Source of the DNA: Myxococcales bacterium
GTDB taxonomy: Bacteria > Myxococcota_A > Polyangia > Nannocystales > Nannocystaceae
Direction of reading: 5' to 3'
Assembly: GCA_020633315.1 (NCBI GenBank)
Contig: JACKDV010000004.1
Coordinates: forward strand, 512,071-576,070
Length of the DNA stretch: 64,000 bases
Part shown: in pieces, positions 1-11,402 of the stretch
Layout of the letters: the number at the start of each line of letters is the position of its first letter
How positions within the stretch are numbered: the first letter of the stretch is position 1
Program-made: the position numbers and the translations under genes
Notes under the pieces: model-generated
Databases searched by the model: none
What the model was told of the DNA's origin: nothing
Seen by the model: only the letters and a program-made list of their open reading frames with translations

Positions 1-132
1 GTCGTGCGGGCCGGCGGGGGCCGAGCGCTCGGGCGTCGCGGCCGCAGGCTCCTGCGCTGGGGGCTCGCCCGACGAGCAGGCGGTGCTCAGCAGCAGCACG
101 CCGAGCCAACTACCGAGCCGTGATCGCAGCAT
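1..132 (-). CDS. Partial CDS running off the window start: N-terminal ~44 aa of a putative lipoprotein (MLRSRLGSWLGVLLLSTACSSGEPP...)
   Basis: Manual translation of the reverse complement of 1..132 gives an ATG followed by a hydrophobic signal peptide and a Cys in a lipobox-like context. GC3-rich codons. No stop inside the window. Confidence 0.3.
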   Translation of the reverse strand, partial: MLRSRLGSWLGVLLLSTACSSGEPPAQEPAAATPERSAPAGPHD

Positions 133-230
133 CCTGCACCGGCAGTCTACGGCAGCCCGAGCCGACGTGTGGCTCGTCGCATCCTTGCCTCTCCCCAAGG
201 GCGCCGAAGTTGCGATAGCTTCGGACCCAG

Positions 231-662
231 ATGGACTACGTGTCTGCGCGCTTTGCGTGCGCTGTCGTGGGCAACGCGGTGGTGGGAGTCCACGGCCCCG
301 ACGATCCCAACGACGCCGACTGGACCGCGTACCTCAACGCAGGGCGGGAGATCATGGCCACCGGCCAGGACCTCTGCGTGCTGGCCTACAGCCTCGGCGG
401 CGGTCCCAACAGCGTGCAGCGCAGCCAGGTCAACGACCTGTTCAAGAACCGACCCCAGCGGGTGGCCGTGATGCTGAACTCGGCCCTCGCTCGAGGCGCG
501 GTCACGGCCCTGTCGTGGTTCAACAACCGCATCAAGGCCTTCAACCTCGAGCAAGTCGACGAGGCCTGCCGCCACCTCGAGCTGTCGGAGGCCCACACGC
601 GACGGGTCAAGGCGGCGCTCGAGCGCCTGCGCGAGCAGCTGCTCGCGGCTAAGCGATCGTGA
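231..662 (+). CDS. Hypothetical protein (143 aa)
   Basis: ORF track 231..662. Balanced amino-acid composition and strongly GC3-biased codons, unlike the overlapping Arg/Pro-rich shadow frames. Confidence 0.55.
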   Translation: MDYVSARFACAVVGNAVVGVHGPDDPNDADWTAYLNAGREIMATGQDLCVLAYSLGGGPNSVQRSQVNDLFKNRPQRVAVMLNSALARGAVTALSWFNNRIKAFNLEQVDEACRHLELSEAHTRRVKAALERLREQLLAAKRS

Positions 663-2928
663 GCGCGGAGCCCACCGGCCGCCGCAAGGCGCGGACGGAC
701 GGGGCGGGACCGTAGAACACGCGAAGGAGCATCGCGTCGGTCTCCTCGCCGGTGACCGGGAAGTACCGCCGGTAGAGCTCGCGCTGCGTGCTCAGGGACT
801 CGAGGTCGCGCGGCTCCAGCCCCTCGCCGCGGCCGTGCTCGAGGCGGGCGAGCAGGTAGGGCAGCATGGCCATCGGCTGCAGCCACACCCCGCGGCGCGT
901 CGCCTCGAGCCACACCCGCTGGAGCGCGCGGCCCCCCTCGAAGTAGGCGGCGGGGGTGCCCCGGGGGATGGTCAGCACCGCGACGGCCGAGGACGCGAGC
1001 ACGGCCTTGCGGGAGGGCTTCTCGAGCGACGCCGACCCGCCCATGCGCTTGAGGAACGCCATGCCCGGCCAGTGCGCGAGCATGCGGAACGCCGCGGCGT
1101 CGGCTCGCGACAGGTCGAGGGTGGCCAGGTCGATCCCGTCTCGGGTGCGGCTGGCGTCCTGCGGCGTCCAGCGGAACTCCGACATGATCTCGCCGTGCAT
1201 CCGCCGGTTGAGGAACGCCACCCGGTCCACGCGCCCGAGGATGCCCGCGAGCTCGGCCAGCGCGCTCCGGTCCTCCTCGATGCGGAGCGTGGCCCCGTGG
1301 ACGACGGCGGCCTGCTCGAGCGCGGCCCGATCCCCCGGGTCGAGCGCTCGATCGTCGCCGAGCTGGCGGTTGGTCGCCCGCCGCCCGATCGCATCCACCA
1401 GCTCGTCGTGGACGGGATCGGTGGTGCCGGTGAGGCGCAGGGCGAACACCTGCGAGGGATCGCCGGGAGCGGGGAACGGCTCGAGCTCCACCCGCACGCC
1501 GAGGGCCCGGGCGGTGAGCTCCATGTTCTCGCAGACGGAGCCGAACGAGAGGTAGGTGGCGCGGTGCTCGAAGTCCAGCGTCGTCCACCCGGCCTCGGGA
1601 TCGAAGGACGTGGAGATCCGATCGCCCTCGTAGTGGAAGCGCCACGGCTGCGCGTTGCCCCCCGACGGCGCCATCATCCCGTGCTCGACCAGGGCCCGCA
1701 CCAGCTCGAGGGGCGGCGGCTGTCCCGGGTGTCGACGCGCCCGCAGGCTCTCCAGGCTCACCGCCGCCGACGCGGCCTCCTGCACGTACGGCGCCTCGGG
1801 CGGAGCGAGCTCGGCCTGCGCCCCCTCTCGGATGAGCTCGTGCAGGTCCACGTAGAAGCGACCCGAGGCCCGGAGCTCTCCCAGCAGGATCCGCCGGGCC
1901 ACGTCGGTGACGCACGCGCCTCCCAGCGCCACCGACGAGCCGAGCTGGGGCCAGGTCTCCAGCGTCTCGCCGATCGCGAACAACGAGCCGGCCAGGCGAT
2001 CGGAGATCGCGGTCTCGCCGAGGATGCGGAGCACGAAGGGCAGCTTCTCCTTGGTCGACAGGCCCGCGAGCGAGCCGGCGTCGACCTCCCCGATGAGCCC
2101 GTGGAACGACGGCCGCTCGGGCTCGAGATCGAAGCGCTCGATGTCGATCAGGCCGCGGTCGCTGGTCTCCATCACCACGGGGACCCGCAGGCGGCGGGCG
2201 TGCTCGCGGAGCAGGACCTTGATGTGCAAGGAGTCGCACTCCTCCACCAGCAGGTCGACCGGGCGGTCCCCGCCCAGGATCGCGTCGATGCCGTCCGCGG
2301 TGGCCCCCTGGTCGAACAGCTCGATCTCCAGGAAGGGATCGAGCTCCAGCATCTGCCGCGCCGCCAGCACGCACTTGTTGATGCCCAGATCCCACACCGA
2401 GGCCCGCAGCCGGTTCATGTTGGACAGCGACAGCCGATCGAAGTCGGCGAGGCGAAACCTCCCCGCCACCCCCTCTTGGGCCAGGGTCACCGCGCTCGAC
2501 TGCCCGACCGAGAGGCCGATCACCGCGATCGTGCGCTCGCGCAGGGCGGCCTGCTCCTGCGCGGAGATCTTGTTGCGGTTGCGATTGGACCGCAGCTCGC
2601 GGAAGTCGTCGCGCGCGAGCAGGTGGACCAGGTTTCCCGACCAGGGATAGTAGACCCACGCGCCGCAGCGCTCGGGCTCCCGTCCGTCGAGCCACCGCTC
2701 CACCCGCGCGCGCAGCCGATCCGACGAGAGCTCGGCCCCCGGGTCCCGGGCCGCCACCAGCTCGGCCACCTGCTCCTCGAAGGCGTCGTGCACGGCCCGC
2801 ACGGAGCCGTCGCCCAGGCGAGCCCGCAGGGCCTGCAGCCCTGCGTCATGGGATGGATCGAAGATCTCGGGGCGCCAGCTCTCGAGGTCGGGCGCGCCGT
2901 GCCGGCGGAGGAGCTCGCGGATCATCAT
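649..2928 (-). CDS. ThiF/MoeB-type E1-like adenylyltransferase fused to a nitroreductase-family domain (MoeY-like, 759 aa)
   Basis: Central Rossmann E1 motif (TIAVIGLSVGQSSAVTLAQEGV ... LADFDRLSLSNMNRL) typical of the ThiF/MoeB/HesA family. The N-terminal segment has a nitroreductase-like fold signature (SGGNAQPWRF). Length and architecture resemble Mycobacterium Rv1355c/MoeY. Confidence 0.8.
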   Translation of the reverse strand: MMIRELLRRHGAPDLESWRPEIFDPSHDAGLQALRARLGDGSVRAVHDAFEEQVAELVAARDPGAELSSDRLRARVERWLDGREPERCGAWVYYPWSGNLVHLLARDDFRELRSNRNRNKISAQEQAALRERTIAVIGLSVGQSSAVTLAQEGVAGRFRLADFDRLSLSNMNRLRASVWDLGINKCVLAARQMLELDPFLEIELFDQGATADGIDAILGGDRPVDLLVEECDSLHIKVLLREHARRLRVPVVMETSDRGLIDIERFDLEPERPSFHGLIGEVDAGSLAGLSTKEKLPFVLRILGETAISDRLAGSLFAIGETLETWPQLGSSVALGGACVTDVARRILLGELRASGRFYVDLHELIREGAQAELAPPEAPYVQEAASAAVSLESLRARRHPGQPPPLELVRALVEHGMMAPSGGNAQPWRFHYEGDRISTSFDPEAGWTTLDFEHRATYLSFGSVCENMELTARALGVRVELEPFPAPGDPSQVFALRLTGTTDPVHDELVDAIGRRATNRQLGDDRALDPGDRAALEQAAVVHGATLRIEEDRSALAELAGILGRVDRVAFLNRRMHGEIMSEFRWTPQDASRTRDGIDLATLDLSRADAAAFRMLAHWPGMAFLKRMGGSASLEKPSRKAVLASSAVAVLTIPRGTPAAYFEGGRALQRVWLEATRRGVWLQPMAMLPYLLARLEHGRGEGLEPRDLESLSTQRELYRRYFPVTGEETDAMLLRVFYGPAPSVRALRRPVGSALTIA

Positions 2929-2983
2929 GACGACCTCGGCCGGTCGTCCCCGGCCCGGGCTCGGGACTCGGTGGCGCCGCCCA

Positions 2984-5047
2984 TCACTTGGGGGCGGCGA
3001 GCTCGGCGATGCGCTCGAGCAGGTCGGGCGTGGCCAGGCGCGGCAGCAGGGTCAGCATGCCGGAGCCGAGGCTCTTGGCGTCGACCGAGCGCATGATGTC
3101 GGGGCGCCCGTGCTCGTCGAAGCACACGAAGCTGCTCTTGCCCACGCTGTAGAACCACTCGTTGGCGGCGACCAGCAGCGCGGGGAAGTGGCGGGAGCCC
3201 CCCGGCACCAGCTCGAACACGCGGGCCGCGTCGAGCAGGCCGTACAGGTGCAGGCCGTCCTCGACCGCGTCGAGCACGGCGGCGGCGACGATCCGCCCCT
3301 GCTCCGTGGCGACGAGCATGGTCCGCTCGCGCATGAGCCCGTGGAACGCCCACTCCTGCTGGAGCTCCTCCTGCTCGAAGGCTCCGGGCAGGAGGTCGTG
3401 GGCCTCGAGATAGGCGTGGGGGCGCTTGCCCTGCAGCGCGTGCAGCACCTCGTCCACCTGCTCGGGCGTGGCCGTGTCCACGTTGGGGACGTCCACGTCG
3501 TTGCACATGGTCACGTTGAGCCGCCAGACCTCGAAGGGCACGCCGACCGAGCCCGGCATGGAGAGCACGAACTCGCGGTGCAGCACCTTGCTGAAGCCCG
3601 CGTCGTCGCGGACGTAGCCGATGAGCCACTCGAGCCCCTCGTTGGCGCCCGCCCGCTCGTAGACGTGGAAGTGGATGTCCCGCAGCGGAGAGCTGTCGGA
3701 GTTGACCAGGTGGGGTCGATCCGCGTTGCGGGCCATGTGGAGGCCGAACCAGCTCTTGCTCCACACGCGGAGACCGGCCAGCGTGGCCTCGACGCGGGTC
3801 GGGCTCTCGTACGACACCAGGCAGCCCACGTCGGGGGCCGCCGCCAGCTTGCGGTACGCGTTCTCGAAGGAGTCGCGCATCATCTGGAAGCCGAGGGACT
3901 GCCGTCGGCCTCCCGAGAGATCGAAGTAGCCCGACGCCTCGAACAGATCCCAGATCGACTGGAAGTCGTGGCCGAAGCTCCGCGTGGTGGGGTAGAGCAG
4001 GTTCTCCACCTCGCGAGCCCAGCGCTCCTGCTGTGCCTCGGGGGCGCCCGAGAGCGCCAGGCCGATGGTGTCGCAGCGATCGTAGGGCGAGGGAGATCGG
4101 TGCCGCAGGTCGCCGACGAAGCGCAGCCCGGGGCCGCCCTTCCAGGTGACGACGACCTCGGGGATGCGCAGCCCCGGCTCGACCAGCTCGAGGGCCTCCC
4201 CCACCCGCGCCGAGACCCCGCCGAAGGACACGTCCTCCATCCTGAGCTCGAGGGTGTCCGCGGCCACGCCGTGCAGGATGACCTTGGCCCCCGAGGGCGC
4301 GAGCACTCGCCTCATCTGCCGACGGCGAGTGATCCTCACGTCCTTGGGCTGGACCTGGCCGCGCCAGCCCAGCGAGTCCTCGACGAAGGACACCGTGGAG
4401 AACGGCCCCTCCACCGTCACCTCGAACGGAGCCTTCATCTCGCCCCAGCGAGGGTCCCACTCCAAGAGGAGGCCGCGCTCTGGATCGAGCCGGCCGGGCA
4501 GGCATAGCCGGTCGGCGCTGCCCAGCGAGCGCACCTGGGCCCGCGAGCGCTCCGCGGTCAGGGCACTCAGTCGGCGAGCGATCCGATCCTCGGGCAGGCG
4601 CATCCGTCGGGGGCGGAGCGGGTGGTGGGGAGCATGCGCGAGCTCGTGGAAGCGGCGCGCGAGCTCTCGCCAGCGCTCCATGCCCTCGACGATCCACAGC
4701 AGGGCCTCGTGCCCGAGCTCGTACTCGGCGAGCCCGACCACGCGAGCTCGTCCCGACAGGTGGGCACGGCTTCGATCGCGGAGCTCGAACTCCACGACCT
4801 CGGCCACCGCCATCGCGGTCGCGCTGGTGAGGGTGAGGCGCATCCCCCACTCGCTGAGCTCCTGCACGACGCCACGCAGCTCACCGCCGAAGCTCACGGA
4901 GAGCTCGGGACGCGTGGGCTCGAGGCTCTCGGGCACGAGCACCGAGGACGGCGTGACCAGGCGCAGCGACGGTGAGGTGGCTCGTTCCTCCGAGCGCTCG
5001 CTCATCGCCCGGCTCCCTCCTGCTCCTCGATCCTCTCCCGACCCCAT
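2984..5047 (-). CDS. PilZ-domain protein with C-terminal uncharacterised (GNAT-like?) domain (687 aa; alternative start at ~5005)
   Basis: Contains the PilZ c-di-GMP-binding motifs RxxxR (ITRRRQMRRV) and D/NxSxxG (EDVSFGGVSARVG). A second degenerate PilZ-like segment lies near the N-terminus (LSVSFGGELRG). Lies in tandem with the ThiF-nitroreductase gene, 55 bp apart. Confidence 0.7.
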   Translation of the reverse strand: MGSGEDRGAGGSRAMSERSEERATSPSLRLVTPSSVLVPESLEPTRPELSVSFGGELRGVVQELSEWGMRLTLTSATAMAVAEVVEFELRDRSRAHLSGRARVVGLAEYELGHEALLWIVEGMERWRELARRFHELAHAPHHPLRPRRMRLPEDRIARRLSALTAERSRAQVRSLGSADRLCLPGRLDPERGLLLEWDPRWGEMKAPFEVTVEGPFSTVSFVEDSLGWRGQVQPKDVRITRRRQMRRVLAPSGAKVILHGVAADTLELRMEDVSFGGVSARVGEALELVEPGLRIPEVVVTWKGGPGLRFVGDLRHRSPSPYDRCDTIGLALSGAPEAQQERWAREVENLLYPTTRSFGHDFQSIWDLFEASGYFDLSGGRRQSLGFQMMRDSFENAYRKLAAAPDVGCLVSYESPTRVEATLAGLRVWSKSWFGLHMARNADRPHLVNSDSSPLRDIHFHVYERAGANEGLEWLIGYVRDDAGFSKVLHREFVLSMPGSVGVPFEVWRLNVTMCNDVDVPNVDTATPEQVDEVLHALQGKRPHAYLEAHDLLPGAFEQEELQQEWAFHGLMRERTMLVATEQGRIVAAAVLDAVEDGLHLYGLLDAARVFELVPGGSRHFPALLVAANEWFYSVGKSSFVCFDEHGRPDIMRSVDAKSLGSGMLTLLPRLATPDLLERIAELAAPK

Positions 5048-5274
5048 GGCAGCCCCCTCTCCTCGATCCCGGACGGTGCTCCCGAGGTCCCCCGACCTCG
5101 ACGTCCGCCCACTGGGATCACGCCTCTCATCGGAAGGCCGATGCCTTCCAACAGCAGGATGTCACGCGAGGAACGGCGACGGCAAGCAACTTTGGTGGGC
5201 TCGCGTGCGTTCCTTTCATGTCTCGGGGATCTGCCTACAGGCTCCGAGCGCTCGCACCTCGTGGGCGATCGCCG

Positions 5275-7026
5275 TCACCTCACCACGGCCTCCACCGCAA
5301 CGGTCCCCTCCTCGGCTGCCACCCACAGCCCGTCCACATCGAGCGCTCGCTCACTGGCCTCACCGAAGATCCGCAGCCGCAAGAGCGCACCGAGGTCGAG
5401 CACCGGCAGGCGATCCGAGCGCACGCGCAGCTGCTCGTCGAGCTGGCTGCGAAGCGCCTCGGGATCGAGCACGGCGGAGAAGCACGGCACCCGTCGCTCG
5501 CGATCGCCCTGCCGCTCGCGGCACCCCAGATACGCCGCATCGAGCGCACCACCCAGCCGCACCCGGCCTACCGCATCCTCGGGCCGAAGCGCCAGCACCC
5601 CGGTCGCGCCCAGCACCACGGTGCGCATCCCCGCGCGCTCGGGATCCCCCAGCTCGAGCACCACGCCGCCCAGCGTCGCCTCGATGCTCCCGTCACCCCG
5701 CGGGCGCAGCATCGGGGGTAGCTCCACCCCCAGCGCTCGAGTCTCCCAGCGCGTGCGCTCGCCGAGGCTCGCCTGCACCTCCTCGCGCAGTCCGCTGCGA
5801 TCGAGCTCGGCCTGCAGGCCCCCGCGCACCACCCACTCGGCCAGCAGACGATTGAGCAGATCTCCGCTCACGTCCACGCGGAGGTTGGCCCCCTCCCGTT
5901 CGGGCCGACGCGGCAACGGCAGCTCGGTGCCCAGCCACACCGCCTGGCTCGCGGCCTGGGTCCCCATCGCGTCCTCGCGGAGCTCCAGCCGCAGCGCCGC
6001 CGTGAGCCCGAGCTCGGCCGACAGCCGCGGCTCACCGCACCAATGGAGGTCGGCCACCAACGCCGGCTCGGTGGGCAGCACCACCACCTGCTCGGGCAGC
6101 CTCATCGCCTCGGTGGCCACCCGTAGCGCCCGCTCGATCTGCTCCTTGGCCTCGCGCTCCACCTCGCGCCGCGCCGTCTTCTCGCCCACCTTCTCGCCGA
6201 GCTTGCGCCCCACCAGCCCGCCTCCGGCCGCCACCGCCATGCCCAGCAGCGTGCCGCCGCCCGCCGCCGCCACCAGCCCGCCACCCACCGTGACCCCGAT
6301 CGCACCCAGGCGGCGCGCTCCCTCGGCGCGCGCGAGCGCCTCGAGCTTGGGCCCGGGCGCCGCGGTGTCGAGCCGGCGCAGCGAGGCGATGATGCCCGCG
6401 TCGCCCGAGCCCCGCACGTCGATCACCCCGGCCACCCGCAGGTCGCCCTTGTCCTCCTCGCTGGTGTCGAGCGCCACGTCGAAGCGCAGGCCGCCGTCGA
6501 CCACCTCGAGCACCTTGCGGGGCAGCACGCTGGTGGGCCCGAAGTACGCATTGCTCCGCGCCCCCGCGAGCAGCTTGGTCTCGACCACGGGCAGCAGCAG
6601 GTCGTGCACTCCCTGGGGGCCGAGCACCAGGCCCAGGTCGCAGCCGCGCTCCCGCTCGTGCTGCCAGGGGCCGGAGACCACCTCGTCGGAGAAGCGGGTC
6701 ACCCGACCCCCGCGACGGGTGAGCTCCAGCTCCACGAAGTGCAGGCCCGGGGACAGCCCGGGAAGCTCGAGCGCGATCCCGTCGTCGCCCACCGGCTGCA
6801 CCACCAGCTCGGTGTGGCGATCGAGCCGCGCCCGCAGCCGCTCGCGATCCTCCGCCGGCGAGACGGCAGCCTCGTAGCGCAGCGCCCCCGCCTCGGCCCG
6901 CAGCACCCCGGCCCCGCGCTCCAGCGCCTCGATCGGCCGCGGCAGCGCGCGCAGGCCCATCGCTCCGGCCACCGCCACGGCGGCGAAGCTCAGCATGCCC
7001 AGGCCGATCGAGAGCTCCTTGCGCAT
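5275..7026 (-). CDS. Hypothetical membrane protein (583 aa) with N-terminal TM helix and a Gly/Ala-rich internal hydrophobic segment
   Basis: ORF track. N-terminal MRKELSIGLGMLSFAAVAVAGAMG hydrophobic stretch. Coherent composition. Sits 4 bp downstream of the ABC ATPase-permease gene on the same strand. Confidence 0.55.
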   Translation of the reverse strand: MRKELSIGLGMLSFAAVAVAGAMGLRALPRPIEALERGAGVLRAEAGALRYEAAVSPAEDRERLRARLDRHTELVVQPVGDDGIALELPGLSPGLHFVELELTRRGGRVTRFSDEVVSGPWQHERERGCDLGLVLGPQGVHDLLLPVVETKLLAGARSNAYFGPTSVLPRKVLEVVDGGLRFDVALDTSEEDKGDLRVAGVIDVRGSGDAGIIASLRRLDTAAPGPKLEALARAEGARRLGAIGVTVGGGLVAAAGGGTLLGMAVAAGGGLVGRKLGEKVGEKTARREVEREAKEQIERALRVATEAMRLPEQVVVLPTEPALVADLHWCGEPRLSAELGLTAALRLELREDAMGTQAASQAVWLGTELPLPRRPEREGANLRVDVSGDLLNRLLAEWVVRGGLQAELDRSGLREEVQASLGERTRWETRALGVELPPMLRPRGDGSIEATLGGVVLELGDPERAGMRTVVLGATGVLALRPEDAVGRVRLGGALDAAYLGCRERQGDRERRVPCFSAVLDPEALRSQLDEQLRVRSDRLPVLDLGALLRLRIFGEASERALDVDGLWVAAEEGTVAVEAVVR

Positions 7027-7030
7027 GGCA

Positions 7031-8671
<1,641 letters not shown>

Positions 8672-8835
8672 CGCGCACCAAGGTAGCAGCCCTCGATCGC
8701 CTCGGCCTCGCTCGCGCCCCTGCGCCGCTCTCCGAACACCGATCCTCACCCCGTGTGGAGGCCCTCACGGCGCCCGACGAGAAAGCTCGGGCGCGCCTGA
8801 AACAACCCGGCCCCCACGGTAGTCTCCTGGGGCCA

Positions 8836-11310
8836 ATGCCGCCCCAACGCCCGTCCTCCCCCCGCCTGCGCCCCCGATCGTGGCTGGGCCTGGCCCTGCT
8901 GATGTCCACCCTCGCCTGCGTCGGCAAGGCGAAGGAGACCACCTCCCCACCGACCGCGGGCCCGCCGACCACCGCGGTCCCCTCGGGCGACGAGGAGGAG
9001 CTGGCGGCCCGGCTCGAGCGCCTCGCCGCCCGCCTCGAGCAGGCCCGGGTGGACAACCACATCCCCGGCATGGCGGTGGCGGTGGTCAAGGGCGACGAGC
9101 TCGTCTTCGCCCAGGGCTTCGGCTACGCCGACCTCGAGTCCAAGCGCGAGGTGACCCCCGAGTCGGTGTTCGCGGTGGGCTCGACCACCAAGGCCTTCAC
9201 CACCACCCTCGCCGCGATGCAGATCGACGCGGGCAAGCTGCGCTGGGACGATGCCGTGGTCGATCGCGTGCCCGAGCTGAAGCTCGCCCCGCGACCCGTG
9301 CAGGCCGACGGCAAGCCGCCCCAGACCACGCTGCGCGACCTGCTGTCCCACCGCACCGGCTTCACCCGCATGAGCGTGCTGTGGGCCAGCGGCGGCCTGT
9401 CCCGCCCCGACATGCTGGCCCAGGCCAGCCACGCGGAGCCGATCGCCGACTTCCGCAAGGAGTTCCACTACAACAACGTCAACTTCGCGGCGGTGGGCGA
9501 GGCGGCGGCGCGCACCGCCGACACCACCTGGTCGGCGATGCTGCAGGAGCGGATCTTCGAGCCGCTGGGCATGGGCCACACCACCGTCACCGTGGCGGGG
9601 GCCCAGGCCGATCCCAACCTGGCGCAGGGCTACCGCTGGCGCGAGGAGAGCGAGCGCCACGAGGCCCTGCCCATGCGCGACCTCGAGGCGATCGCCCCCG
9701 CGGGCGCCATCAACTCCACCGTGCTCGACATGTCGCAGTGGCTGCGCCTGCAGCTCGGCCGCGGCGTCTTCGAGGGCGAGCGCCTGGTGTCCGAGGAGCG
9801 CATCGAGGAGATGTGGACCCCCCAGATCGAGATCGGCGCGGGCCTGCACTACGGCCTGGGCTGGATGGTCGGCGCGTGGCGAGGCCATCGCATGGTGGAG
9901 CACGGCGGCAACATCGACGGCTACGCGGCCGAGGTGGGCATGCTGCCCGACGACGGGATCGCCTTCGTGCTGCTCACCAACACCAGCAGCACCCCCTTCC
10001 AGCGCGGCTCGCTCGACCTGGTGTTCGACAGCATGATCGGCGAGCTGCCCCGCGCGGGCGAGGAGGCCGGCCCCACGCTCGACCTGTCGCCCTACCCCGG
10101 CAAGTACGTGGCCGACTTCGGCCCCTTCGACGACGCCCGCTTCACCGTGCTGGCCGAGGGCGGCTCGCTGCACGTGGACGTGCCCGGCCAGACCAAGTAC
10201 GAGCTCGCGCCCCCCAACGAGCAGGGGCGCTGGGCCTTCGCCATCACCGATCAGATCCAGGTGTACTTCGACCTCGACGAGACGGGCAAGCGCGCCCAGG
10301 TGCTGCACATGCTGCAAGGCGGGCTCGACCTCGAGCTGCCGCGCGAGGGCTACGCGTTCCCGCCGGAGGTGGAGCCCGCCGAGGTCGCCGAGCTGCTCGG
10401 GCGCTACGAGGAGGAGGGCGGCAAGCTCAAGGCCACCGTGCGAGTGGCTCGCGGGCGCCTGGTGGCCGACGTGGACGGGCAGATGGCCTTCGACCTGCGC
10501 AAGCCCGGCGAGGACGGCCGCTGGCACCTGCGCGCGCGCGACTCGATCGCGGTCAGCTTCCGGCGCGACGCGAAGGGCAAGGTGGACGCGATGATCCTCC
10601 ACCAGGACGGCAAGGACGTCCCGCTGACGCGCAAGGCTGGCGCCGAGCGGCCGCTGCCCACGGTGCAGGCCCTGCTGGCCAAGTCCAAGGCCGAGGCCTT
10701 CGAGGCGCGGCTGGCCAAGCTCGGCCCCATCGAGCTGCGCGGCAAGGTCCGCATGCCCTCGTCGGCAGTGGAGGGTCGCTTCCGCCTGGTGATCGACGCC
10801 GAGCACCACCACCGCATGGAGCTCGACCTCGGCGTGCACGGTCGGGCCATCGACACCTACGACGGCAAGGAGGCCTGGAGCGTGTCCACGATGGGCCCGC
10901 CCACCCAGGCCGAGGGCAAGTACCTGCGCCAGACCCAGCTCGGCGGGCCGCTCACCGTGGGGGACTGGAGCGCCGGCTTCGACGACGCGCGCGTGGAGGG
11001 CTGGGCCAGCCGCGACGGCAAGGAGCTGGTCGAGGTGGTGCTGCGCGCCAAGGACCTGCCGCCCCGTCGGCTGCTCGTCGATCCCAAGACCGGCGACGTG
11101 CTCGGCTTCGACGCCGTGGAGCTGGCCGAGGGCGCGGGGGGCATCCCCACCCAGGGCGAGGTGGGCGAGTACCGACGCGAGCTGGGCCTGCGCCTGCCCC
11201 ACCACCTCCGCAGCTTCAACGTGCACGCGGGGGCCACCATCTTCGAGGTGGAGACGGTGACCAAGGCGCAGGGCGATCCGGCCGAGCTGTTTGGGCGCGC
11301 GTCCCTGTAG
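8836..11310 (+). CDS. Serine hydrolase, beta-lactamase/transpeptidase-like (class C type) with extended C-terminal domains
   Basis: SxxK active-site motif (FAVGSTTKAF) in a typical AmpC/esterase context (GMAVAVVKGDELVFAQGFGYADLE). N-terminal lipoprotein-like signal peptide (WLGLALLMSTLACVG). Confidence 0.85.
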   Translation: MPPQRPSSPRLRPRSWLGLALLMSTLACVGKAKETTSPPTAGPPTTAVPSGDEEELAARLERLAARLEQARVDNHIPGMAVAVVKGDELVFAQGFGYADLESKREVTPESVFAVGSTTKAFTTTLAAMQIDAGKLRWDDAVVDRVPELKLAPRPVQADGKPPQTTLRDLLSHRTGFTRMSVLWASGGLSRPDMLAQASHAEPIADFRKEFHYNNVNFAAVGEAAARTADTTWSAMLQERIFEPLGMGHTTVTVAGAQADPNLAQGYRWREESERHEALPMRDLEAIAPAGAINSTVLDMSQWLRLQLGRGVFEGERLVSEERIEEMWTPQIEIGAGLHYGLGWMVGAWRGHRMVEHGGNIDGYAAEVGMLPDDGIAFVLLTNTSSTPFQRGSLDLVFDSMIGELPRAGEEAGPTLDLSPYPGKYVADFGPFDDARFTVLAEGGSLHVDVPGQTKYELAPPNEQGRWAFAITDQIQVYFDLDETGKRAQVLHMLQGGLDLELPREGYAFPPEVEPAEVAELLGRYEEEGGKLKATVRVARGRLVADVDGQMAFDLRKPGEDGRWHLRARDSIAVSFRRDAKGKVDAMILHQDGKDVPLTRKAGAERPLPTVQALLAKSKAEAFEARLAKLGPIELRGKVRMPSSAVEGRFRLVIDAEHHHRMELDLGVHGRAIDTYDGKEAWSVSTMGPPTQAEGKYLRQTQLGGPLTVGDWSAGFDDARVEGWASRDGKELVEVVLRAKDLPPRRLLVDPKTGDVLGFDAVELAEGAGGIPTQGEVGEYRRELGLRLPHHLRSFNVHAGATIFEVETVTKAQGDPAELFGRASL

Positions 11311-11402
11311 GACCCGCGCTCGCCCGCGCCGCGCCGATCCTCGCCGCCGCGCATCCTCGTGGGTGCCGGCGGCCGTGCGATCGCGTACCCTGGATCCGTC
11401 CC

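Noticed and set aside
83-652. 189-aa ORF at the window start overlapping the 231..662 gene
   Set aside because: Pro/Arg/Gly-rich shadow translation. Frame 231..662 has protein-like composition and GC3 bias.
386-2695. 769-aa ORF antisense to the ThiF-nitroreductase gene, and 835..3096 (+) in another frame
   Set aside because: Extreme Arg/Ala/Gly/Pro composition with no motifs. Typical shadow ORFs of 70% GC DNA; the minus-strand frame 649..2928 carries recognisable domains.
2925-4850. Overlapping long ORFs (2925..4850 -, 2927..4507 +, 4146..5855 +, 5141..6877 +) around the PilZ gene
   Set aside because: Low-complexity R/A/P/G-rich translations. Only 2984..5047 (-) has balanced composition and PilZ motifs.
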